Below are positions 17,064 to 24,540 of a stretch of 30,060 nucleotides of DNA, piece after piece. Within the stretch, counting starts at the first letter, position 1. Every line of letters starts with the position of its first letter. The position numbers and the translations under genes were made by a program. The stretch lies in IMG/VR virus record IMGVR_UViG_3300037506_000112, positions 1-30,060 of that record; one strand, 5' to 3'. The stretch comes from a virus. Its lineage: Duplodnaviria; Caudoviricetes. The notes beneath the pieces were generated by a model. That model did no database searches, was not told the DNA's origin, and saw only the letters and a list, made by a program, of their open reading frames with translations.

Positions 17064-18221
17064 TTAGCCCTTCACCTTCTGGCGATTCAGGTGTGCGATC
17101 AGCCCCTTGCTCGCGCCCCGGATTGCGCCGAACCGCATCCGGGTGAGATCCGTTTCGCAGGGGTACACAAAATCGTGCTCAAGCACGTTGTCCTTTAGAT
17201 AGTTAAAGGACAGACCGCCACCGCCACCGCTGACGGCGATCCCCGCGGCGGTCACACCTCGCGCATACCTGTTCGCGTATTGCGCTTCAATTGGATTACC
17301 AATGACCGCCATTGAGTTGGCAACCTGTTCGGCGCAATCTTCAGACCGGTTACGGATCGAAATCTTTCCGGTCATCAGCGCGTTGTGCATCATGTTCAGG
17401 GGGATCTCCGGCAAGCGGCCCAGCGTGTTGGGGAAAGCTGCACGCAGTTCCTGCTCGAAGGTTTCGATGACATCCTGGATACCCTTGCGGATCGGGGGGG
17501 CTTCCGAGATGTTGACCTCGATCTTGCGGTCTTCCGTAATGAGGCATGGCACGAACACGGTCAGCGCGCCGCCGACATCTACCGTGTAAATTTCGTTCCC
17601 TGGCTCCAGGGCAATCGGTGACTTCTCGTAAGTCCGTCCCTCGGTGGTGAGAAGAAACGTCTGCAAGCTCGCTACCGGCTCTTCGAGCGGGATGATCTCG
17701 GTGACATTGAAGTTGAACTTGCGCCCGTCGGGCAGATCAACGCTGTGCTTACCGTTAAGCGACTTATAGAGTGCCCTAAGATTTTCCGTGTTCAGGCGTG
17801 GCGGGTGCAGCACGACGACACGGACATCCTGGTGCGAGCCGTGATAGAGCTGTACAAGCGCGGCCAGGAACAATACGCCGAAGTGGTCACGAAGATATTT
17901 CGCGGCTCCGATCAGGCGCTCGCCTTTGCCGACCTGCGCAGCGTGCCGCCCTACTACATAGCCCTGCCCGGCAATGCGGAAGATGGCCGTTCCTTGGAAG
18001 TCAGCCGCCCGGTGTTTATAGGCTGCCGTCAACGTGTCATAGTCAGCTTCACTTGGCCGACGAATGGCGTGCGGAAAAACGATCTCCTCACCCCAATGAC
18101 CATGCAGCATGGCTTTACAGTCCGTGTTGCCCAGGTCAACGATAATCCACAACGGCTCGTCCTGGCCGATGTGGCGATATTTAGTACCGTTCCGGTAGGT
18201 ACTCCATACGGGAGCGTTCAT
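17064..18221 (-). CDS. parM: Actin-like ATPase, ParM/StbA family
   Basis: Start ATG 18221 after AAGGAG (track starts at 18254). Phosphate-1 IVDLGNTDCK, connect-1 EEPVAS, phosphate-2 VDVGGALT, adenosine VSGGGG, connect-2 AIRGASKG. Confidence 0.85.
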   Translation of the reverse strand: MNAPVWSTYRNGTKYRHIGQDEPLWIIVDLGNTDCKAMLHGHWGEEIVFPHAIRRPSEADYDTLTAAYKHRAADFQGTAIFRIAGQGYVVGRHAAQVGKGERLIGAAKYLRDHFGVLFLAALVQLYHGSHQDVRVVVLHPPRLNTENLRALYKSLNGKHSVDLPDGRKFNFNVTEIIPLEEPVASLQTFLLTTEGRTYEKSPIALEPGNEIYTVDVGGALTVFVPCLITEDRKIEVNISEAPPIRKGIQDVIETFEQELRAAFPNTLGRLPEIPLNMMHNALMTGKISIRNRSEDCAEQVANSMAVIGNPIEAQYANRYARGVTAAGIAVSGGGGGLSFNYLKDNVLEHDFVYPCETDLTRMRFGAIRGASKGLIAHLNRQKVKG

Positions 18222-18236
18222 GATTTTCTCCTTGTC

Positions 18237-18281
18237 TATACGACTTTTATACACTTCATATACAGGTTGGATAACGGTTAT
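18237..18281. repeat. Three TATAC-core direct repeats at 11-bp period plus ATAAC-G-GTTAT palindrome (parC-like candidate)
   Basis: TATAC starts at 18237, 18248 and 18259. Palindrome at 18271-18281. AT-rich and immediately upstream of the parM RBS. Confidence 0.5.
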
Positions 18282-18282
18282 T

Positions 18283-18309
18283 GCATCCCCGCGAACTCGC
18301 TAGGGATGC
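18283..18309 (-). terminator. Stem-loop after the HerA-like gene
   Basis: gcatccc…gcga-ac-tcgc…gggatgc bulged hairpin, 24 nt after the stop. No clear U-tract. Confidence 0.45.
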
Positions 18310-18333
18310 CAGTTCCTGCGTGAACGAATGTCT

Positions 18334-19980
18334 TCATTCCGACGAATTTAAAAACAGCGTCCGACTCGCCGCGACCTGATCGCCACGGACATCGACCAGC
18401 CCATTGCGGCGCAGCGTGCCCAGATAGGTTCCGAACGTTCCGCCCGACACTTCATACCCAGCGGTATCACCGAGCGCCTTTCGTGAAAGACTCCGGGGGT
18501 AGACACCAACCAGCACGTCGAGCATCCGCCACTCGCCTGACCGGAGCGCATTGCGCCACATGGTGAGTACCTCGTTGGTTGTCTGCGGCTTGCGCGGCCT
18601 GTCCATGCCTAGGTAGTCAAATCCATCCTGGGTGATACTCACCTCGCCATCTTGCTCGACGAGCAAGGCGTTGCGCTTCAGTGTGCCGAAGTATGTGCCG
18701 AATGTTCCGCCTGACGGTGTGAAGCCTGATAATGTGCCAAGCTGGGCGCGAGTGAGCTTGGTCGGATGCCGCCGCGCCAGGACTTCCAGGATGCGGCGTT
18801 CGCCTGCTCGCAGGTGCAGATCGCCGTCAGCAGTAACTTCGTTTGTGTCTTCTGTCACAACGATTTCCGCAGGGAAAACTACACCACGCTTCAGGCAGGC
18901 CATGATCTCATTGGCCGAGTCGATGAGCAGTTGCGCTTGTTCTCGCATTTCTTCGGCAAGAGCGGTTAGTTGATCGACCTGCGCATCGGAGATAACAGGC
19001 ACTTCTACCCGCTCAACTTCACGAGAGCGCAGTCGGGCGTTTTCTTCTCGGAGGTGTTGGATAAGTTCCGGCTGATCGGCTGCGGCTAGTGGGACTGTCA
19101 GCAGTGCCTTCAGTTCGTCGATAAGGGCCGAATCGCCGGGCATAAGGGGGGGTGGAACGAATAGAGTCTTGTCCTCTGGTCGGAAGGTATCGCTTTGCCG
19201 CACCTGAATCACCTGAGCATCGTCCTGGATCATGAAGATGGCCTCACCACGATCCAGACCCGGCACGATGTCTTTCGCGTTGGCGAGTGATCCGGGCAGC
19301 AAATCATCGTAGACCTTCAACGTGCGACCACGCGGCACGCGATGGAGGAACCGGATATCGGTGGCATCCAGTACGGCCTTATCGACGTTCTGCGGACGCT
19401 GGCTGGCGACGAGCAGGGCCAACCCCCGTTTCCGGCCACGTGCCGCGATGTCCTGGATCAGTTCCTTGGCGTCGGTTTGCGGCCCTTGCGGTGCGAAGAG
19501 CTGCACCTCGTCGATGATCAGGCGCATGGGTGGCAGATCTTCGTACTGGTACATTGCCCAGAGACAGCCGACGTAGGCCAGTACGAAGCTGTTCTTACTT
19601 CCGAGCGGCCAACCGCTCAGATCCAGGATCACCCTCTCGCTACGTCGGGTAAGCAGTTCGGCTGCTTGTCCGGCGCGTTCAATGCTGATCTCGACATCCA
19701 GCGGATTGCCGCGCCGGGCATTCCCGATGATGAGAATCTCCGCGCCGTTCCGAAGATGATGAAAGTCACCTTCAGGATCGAGGATCGTCAACGTGCCGCC
19801 CGCACGTAGTTCTTCTTCCGCCCAGACATAGGCGGTGTTGGTCTTACCGCTGCCCGTCATGCCGAGCACGGCGACATGTTTGCCTAACGTCTGAACATAA
19901 GGCAGATGCGCTTTTTGTTTTGCATCCAGATGCATCTTGTACTCCGCATCTAGATACAATAACGCTAGTCCGTTCAACAT
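18334..19980 (-). CDS. HerA/FtsK-superfamily (DUF87-like) ATPase with coiled-coil and two C-terminal winged-helix repeats
   Basis: HVAVLGMTGSGKT (Walker A), ILDPEGDF, LIIDEVQLFAP (Walker B), GRKRG arginine finger, ASQRP. Duplicated LRxGExRxLxVL…SGGTFGTYxGTLxRNxL. GGAG RBS with TGATG overlap. Confidence 0.88.
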   Translation of the reverse strand: MLNGLALLYLDAEYKMHLDAKQKAHLPYVQTLGKHVAVLGMTGSGKTNTAYVWAEEELRAGGTLTILDPEGDFHHLRNGAEILIIGNARRGNPLDVEISIERAGQAAELLTRRSERVILDLSGWPLGSKNSFVLAYVGCLWAMYQYEDLPPMRLIIDEVQLFAPQGPQTDAKELIQDIAARGRKRGLALLVASQRPQNVDKAVLDATDIRFLHRVPRGRTLKVYDDLLPGSLANAKDIVPGLDRGEAIFMIQDDAQVIQVRQSDTFRPEDKTLFVPPPLMPGDSALIDELKALLTVPLAAADQPELIQHLREENARLRSREVERVEVPVISDAQVDQLTALAEEMREQAQLLIDSANEIMACLKRGVVFPAEIVVTEDTNEVTADGDLHLRAGERRILEVLARRHPTKLTRAQLGTLSGFTPSGGTFGTYFGTLKRNALLVEQDGEVSITQDGFDYLGMDRPRKPQTTNEVLTMWRNALRSGEWRMLDVLVGVYPRSLSRKALGDTAGYEVSGGTFGTYLGTLRRNGLVDVRGDQVAASRTLFLNSSE

Positions 19981-20243
19981 CAGACTCCTCGCTTTCGGTA
20001 ATCGACAACCAGCTTGCCCGTCGTGTCCACAAATTCGCGGGCTACTTCAAGCTGGCCATCACGGAGTAACGCCCGGAACGTGGATGGGTAGAAGCGCACC
20101 AGTTCACCGTCGCAGACGCCTATCCCCGGATTCCCGCCGTTCTCCACATCCGCCTTGGCGATACGAATGATCGCGCCCTGTTCCAGGCACATCATGGCTC
20201 GCTTGTAGTCCTGCGTGTCGATCCACATATCATCAAGCCTCAA
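19980..20243 (-). CDS. Hypothetical protein
   Basis: 87 aa ORF overlapping neighbours at both ends. Confidence 0.55.
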   Translation of the reverse strand: MRLDDMWIDTQDYKRAMMCLEQGAIIRIAKADVENGGNPGIGVCDGELVRFYPSTFRALLRDGQLEVAREFVDTTGKLVVDYRKRGV

Positions 20244-20508
20244 CTAGATAACCGTGTACCGTGCGGCGATACTCTTGCTTTTTCGACTCAGGTACGTTGT
20301 CTTCGAGACGGCAGGTGTCCGAGCCACCCCAGATAAATTGGCCGATTTTGGGTCGATACGTGAAATCTTTCACGCGAACTAATGGCCTGCCGGGGTTACT
20401 TACTCCCCACTTGCCGCTTGCATCTTGGTAAATACGAGGCCCCAGGATCAGTATTAGGTCGCCGTTAGCTTCCTTTACATTCATCACTACCGCATCGATA
20501 GCCATCAT
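20233..20508 (-). CDS. Hypothetical protein
   Basis: 91 aa, GGAGGG RBS, ATGA overlap with the HAD gene. Confidence 0.65.
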   Translation of the reverse strand: MMAIDAVVMNVKEANGDLILILGPRIYQDASGKWGVSNPGRPLVRVKDFTYRPKIGQFIWGGSDTCRLEDNVPESKKQEYRRTVHGYLVEA

Positions 20509-21107
20509 TCCCCTCCGTTTTCAGGCTTTGGACGCCCGAAGAATTCCCAGGCCCACTGGAAGGCACACCCGGCGTTTTCGGCGGCCTGTTTATCCTCGTC
20601 GCCGTCACCGACCATGAGCGTTTCCTCTGGCGCTGTTCCGCACAGGCCCATCGCATGGAATAACATCCCTGGTTCAGGTTTGCGCCACTCTGGATGCCAC
20701 ATGGCCCCTGGCAAGACCCCCGGCGGAAGGGGCGACCACGCCCCAGTTTTCTTGCTCTGGTAGCGCGCGCACATCAGAATGGTTGGCTTGAGCGCGGGAA
20801 ACATACGCCCGATCCGGCCCTCAAAGTCTTCCAGGGTTGGGTATTTATCCGGCTCTCCGAAGCCTCCCACTGACATCCAGTGTCGGAGTCCGATCCCGCC
20901 TTGATTGGTTGCCACGATAATTTGCTTATTCAGTACCGCTTCCTGATTGGTCTCCAGCCATGCCGCCGCATCGGGGTAGAGCTGATCTGAATCGAACGGG
21001 GCAAGTGTGCCGTCGAGGTCAAAAATAATGAGCTTGAATTTAGAGTTCACAGTTGTATCCTCCGGTTGCCCGTACATTTCATTCATGTACTGTTCTAGTG
21101 CGTCCAT
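20505..21107 (-). CDS. HAD-superfamily subfamily IIIA phosphatase (GmhB / polynucleotide 3'-phosphatase-like)
   Basis: Motif I IIFDLDGTL, motif II ATNQGGI, motif III RKPEPGM, motif IV MVGDGDEDKQAAENAG. Confidence 0.9.
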   Translation of the reverse strand: MDALEQYMNEMYGQPEDTTVNSKFKLIIFDLDGTLAPFDSDQLYPDAAAWLETNQEAVLNKQIIVATNQGGIGLRHWMSVGGFGEPDKYPTLEDFEGRIGRMFPALKPTILMCARYQSKKTGAWSPLPPGVLPGAMWHPEWRKPEPGMLFHAMGLCGTAPEETLMVGDGDEDKQAAENAGCAFQWAWEFFGRPKPENGGE

Positions 21108-21200
21108 CGATCACCTTGTTTCTTGGCTCTATGCGCCGCTTGTTCCGATAACACAGGTTATCTTGATTAGATCGGTGGATTACGGCGCGATGCCGTGTTC

Positions 21201-21500
21201 TCAGTCAATGTTCTCCAGGTTGGGCTGGGTAATCCAGTTCTTGTAGCGCACCTCACCAAACAACAGGCGCAGCGCCTGGTCAATACCCCATTGCTTGTGA
21301 TGGGCACCGTCGACCTGTCCAACCTGGATCAGCGTCGTCGCGGCATCTTCCAATGCCGCTCGCAACCGTCGCACTTCGTTCACGAGATCCAGGGCATCTT
21401 TGGCTTCCTGCATAACCGTGTCGATCTGTGATACGTGCAGCGTCATTTGTTGCTTGCTCTCCCAATATGCCTGGATAGCGTTTAGTCGTTCTTTGTTCAC
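21201..21500 (-). CDS. Hypothetical phage protein (DGAHHKQW motif)
   Basis: 99 aa, GTG start, coiled-coil followed by DGAHHKQWGIDQ. Confidence 0.6.
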   Translation of the reverse strand: MNKERLNAIQAYWESKQQMTLHVSQIDTVMQEAKDALDLVNEVRRLRAALEDAATTLIQVGQVDGAHHKQWGIDQALRLLFGEVRYKNWITQPNLENID

Positions 21501-21517
21501 CTGATCAGCGCCTTTGT

Positions 21518-21871
21518 CTAATGGCTTGCTTGTTGCTCATCCGGCGGCAGCTCGACCACGATTTGCAAGCCATAGTTAGCCATCTCGCCGTCGTCCAGCT
21601 CGAACCCACCGGTAATGCTATGCAGCCTGACCATGACTGCCTCGCCTTCGAGTAAGGGGGCGATTTGCGCCGCCAGCTCGCGAGGTACGAAGCCAACATG
21701 CTTGACCCCATCGTCGGTCGCAACGTGGACAGCCAGAGCATTGGGATCGAATTTGTTCTCCGGCTCAGGAACAATCCGGCAAGGTTCGTTGCCGCGCAGG
21801 CCTGCGATGATTGATTGCCGGTCTTCGTAGGACACTCCGGCTACCTTGGTGATGAGCGTGCGCCCGGACAT
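21518..21871 (-). CDS. Stand-alone HIRAN domain protein
   Basis: KVAGVSY…EPENKFDPNALAV…VGFVPRELA is the HIRAN consensus. Confidence 0.9.
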   Translation of the reverse strand: MSGRTLITKVAGVSYEDRQSIIAGLRGNEPCRIVPEPENKFDPNALAVHVATDDGVKHVGFVPRELAAQIAPLLEGEAVMVRLHSITGGFELDDGEMANYGLQIVVELPPDEQQASH

Positions 21872-22132
21872 TTACTTTCCTTTCAGCGCGCGTTTGAGCG
21901 CCCAACGTTTTGCCCGTTCTGGATGTGTGGGATCGCCATGCCTCTGGCGGTATTCCTTCCCGTACCCCCTCATGTACGTGTTGTAGTGCTTCCGATTGCT
22001 GGCCCTCCACAGTGCCATCGAGAGGTTCTTACAATCCTTACATTCAGACCGGTAGCCCGGTTTACCGCGTCGGCTTTGACGGTAGAACCGGGACAGCGGC
22101 AGCTCCCGGCCACACTTCGTACAGCGCTTCAT
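21872..22132 (-). CDS. Small basic Cys4 zinc-finger protein
   Basis: KRCTKCGRELPLSRFY…YRSECKDCK resembles the N-terminal Zn finger of phage HNH/EndoVII proteins, but no nuclease domain follows. Confidence 0.7.
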   Translation of the reverse strand: MKRCTKCGRELPLSRFYRQSRRGKPGYRSECKDCKNLSMALWRASNRKHYNTYMRGYGKEYRQRHGDPTHPERAKRWALKRALKGK

Positions 22133-24537
22133 TCCGCCGCACCGTCCACCAGGTTGATATTGACGATCCAGTCCGTCGCGAAGCGCACCCGCCTATCCAG
22201 TAGATCGATGTACCCGCGCCGGCGCGCGGCTTCGGCTTGCAGCTCCTCTGCTGTCATCCCGACCAGATCAACGGTATCCGCGCCGAGGTTTGCTGCCTGC
22301 AACCAGGCCAGCGGGATCTTCGCGTGGTTGTTCAGGTCAACCGTGATGGCTGCCCCAACTCCAAACAGCCCTTTTGCATCCCTGACCGGCAGGTGCGCGG
22401 TGAATTCCTCACAGAACGCCAGGTCTAGACGGTTCCACAAGCTGACCAGGAAGGCGCGGATCTCCCCGCGTTCGGCGCGTGTAAGCTGCGAAAACTTCAC
22501 GCCGCGCCGCGCTTTTAACTTCCAGGTGAAGTGGAGGTCTTCGAAGCGAATCTCGACCAGGGGGATCTCGCTAGGCGCAGGCGTGACCAGATCAGCAGAG
22601 GTGGGCAGCACATTCTGTGAACCTTTCGGAGCTTCCGAATGAACGACCTCCGGATGCCACTGGAAGCGCCCCCACTTTTTGTCGTTTTCAGCCAGGTCTG
22701 GTTGAGCGATCCAGCGCACCTCCGGCACAGTGCGAGCGTTCAGTTCGCCGGGGAGGATCTCGTGTTCCATCAGCCACGTCGCCCGCGCAAGCGCTTCATC
22801 CCATTCCGCGTGGTCTATCTCCAACACAATCGCGTCGTGAATGTCCAGGGCCACCCGGCTGCGCCAGCCGCGTTGTTCAAATTCCTCGCTGATCAGCACG
22901 ATGGCCCGTTTGAGCATCTCGGCCACCCCGCCCTGGCAGAGATAATTCCATGCCGTGTAAAGCTGCTCTGGATTAACCGGCACGCGGCGACCTGTCCACA
23001 GGTCGATGTGTCCGGAACTTCTGGACTTTTCCTCGGCGAGCTGCTTGGTTTCGGCGACTGCCGGAAACGCACGATCTTTGCTCGCGAGCAGGCGTTTTGC
23101 CTCCTCCACTGAGATCCCCAGATTCTGCGCCAGCTTGGCGGGTCCCATCCCGTAGGCCGTGCCGAAGGTCAGGATTTTGGACAGGCGGCGCAGGCGCTTG
23201 CGTTCTGCGGCGTCGGCCTGTTCCCATGCCTTCCCGAAATACTGGGCAGCCATTGCCGAGTGGAAGTCTTCTGCCGCGCAGGCCGCAGCCAGGTTGTTGT
23301 CGCCCGACAAGAGCGCCGCCATCCAGTTTTCGGCATTCGAGTAATCGATCTCGACCAGCGTAAATCCATCATCGGCGGTAGCTGTGCCTGCCATGCTTCC
23401 TACGATGTCGTTTTCAGGAGCCTGCATCTTCCAGTTCTGCATGTTAGGGTTCGAAGACGCGCGCCGGTCAGTGGCAGTGGCGATGGAGATCACCGAGTGC
23501 AGGCGACCATCGGAGGCTGAGTGATCAAGCAGCGACGTGAGCAGGCTTTGCGTCCACTTCGCATTGGCATAGAGCGCCAGGTCGTGGAGCTTTTCCGCGT
23601 GTTCCGGGAACTGCGCGATGAGTGCCTGGATCACCTCGTCCTTAGCCGATAGGCCCCCGGTCGCGGTGAAGTATTCCGGGTTCTCATCCGGATCGGGTTT
23701 CGGAATGCCTTTCTTTTCGTAAATGTACTTGACCCGCTCGGCTGGCGAGTTGGCGTTGAACAGGCCGTCTTCGGCGAGATTCTTCGCTGTGTGCTTCATC
23801 AGGTCAGACAGGGCTAGGATACGTTCGCGGGTATGCTCGACGTTGAGCCGGATGCCCTGGGCGGCCATCTTGCAGTAGGCCCGCACCGCGCGCATCTCCC
23901 ACTCGACGAGCTGGTAAGTCAGCCCGTCTTCGCCAAGTACCTGCCGTTCGGCCAGTGCCTGCTGGCGCTGGTAGATCTGGTAAGTCACCAGGGCGTCGGC
24001 CAGCACGTATCGGATGACCTGATCAGCGGGCAGCTTGTGCAGCTCGGCGCGCTTGCCTTTCGTTTCGCGCTGCACCTTTGCGGTTTCGACTCCCAGCATG
24101 TGCGCCACGCTGAGCAGATCATAGCTTGCGCCGATTGCCGGATGGAGTAACCGGGCCATGACCTGGGTATCCCAGATCACATCCGGGATCTTCCCGTCGG
24201 TTAATCGGGAGATCTGTCGGAAGTCGAACACGGCGTTATGGGCAACAAGCGTGTGCGAGGTTTTGACGAGCTGCACCAGCCAGGCGAGCGTTTCGTCGTC
24301 GAACGGGGCAGCCAGCACCGTGCCCGTCGGTTCTTTGCCTTCCTGCCAGACCAGGGCGATGTGGGTGATATCGGCGCTGTAGCTCAACCCGAAGTCTTTC
24401 TTCGGGCCGATGCCCTTCCACTGGGTATCGGTTTCCACATCGATGGCGACAACCGGCGCAGCCAGCGCACGGGCCAGGGCATCGCGATCTACATCGATGT
24501 GTGTATCAGTCAAGAAAGATTGCTGAATAGCGACCAT
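22129..24537 (-). CDS. polA: Family A DNA polymerase (3'-5' exonuclease + polymerase, no 5' nuclease) with C-terminal extension
   Basis: ExoI AIDVET, ExoII HNAVFD, ExoIII YVLAD. Polymerase motifs TATDRRASSNPNMQN, A DYSNAE, B RRLSKILTFGTAYG, NYLCQG, C IHDA. Confidence 0.93.
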   Translation of the reverse strand: MVAIQQSFLTDTHIDVDRDALARALAAPVVAIDVETDTQWKGIGPKKDFGLSYSADITHIALVWQEGKEPTGTVLAAPFDDETLAWLVQLVKTSHTLVAHNAVFDFRQISRLTDGKIPDVIWDTQVMARLLHPAIGASYDLLSVAHMLGVETAKVQRETKGKRAELHKLPADQVIRYVLADALVTYQIYQRQQALAERQVLGEDGLTYQLVEWEMRAVRAYCKMAAQGIRLNVEHTRERILALSDLMKHTAKNLAEDGLFNANSPAERVKYIYEKKGIPKPDPDENPEYFTATGGLSAKDEVIQALIAQFPEHAEKLHDLALYANAKWTQSLLTSLLDHSASDGRLHSVISIATATDRRASSNPNMQNWKMQAPENDIVGSMAGTATADDGFTLVEIDYSNAENWMAALLSGDNNLAAACAAEDFHSAMAAQYFGKAWEQADAAERKRLRRLSKILTFGTAYGMGPAKLAQNLGISVEEAKRLLASKDRAFPAVAETKQLAEEKSRSSGHIDLWTGRRVPVNPEQLYTAWNYLCQGGVAEMLKRAIVLISEEFEQRGWRSRVALDIHDAIVLEIDHAEWDEALARATWLMEHEILPGELNARTVPEVRWIAQPDLAENDKKWGRFQWHPEVVHSEAPKGSQNVLPTSADLVTPAPSEIPLVEIRFEDLHFTWKLKARRGVKFSQLTRAERGEIRAFLVSLWNRLDLAFCEEFTAHLPVRDAKGLFGVGAAITVDLNNHAKIPLAWLQAANLGADTVDLVGMTAEELQAEAARRRGYIDLLDRRVRFATDWIVNINLVDGAAE

Positions 24538-24540
24538 CAG

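Noticed and set aside
18334-19980. Conjugative VirB4/coupling protein or FtsK-type packaging ATPase
   Set aside because: No T4SS, relaxase or TM segments nearby, and packaging is already covered by TerS/TerL/portal.
21872-22132. HNH/EndoVII homing endonuclease call
   Set aside because: Only the Cys4 finger is present. No HNH or EndoVII catalytic motif occurs before the stop.
22129-24537. DpoZ-like polymerase for modified DNA, or an intein in polA
   Set aside because: No purZ or other modification genes in the window. No intein splice motifs, and the extra sequence is C-terminal rather than inserted.
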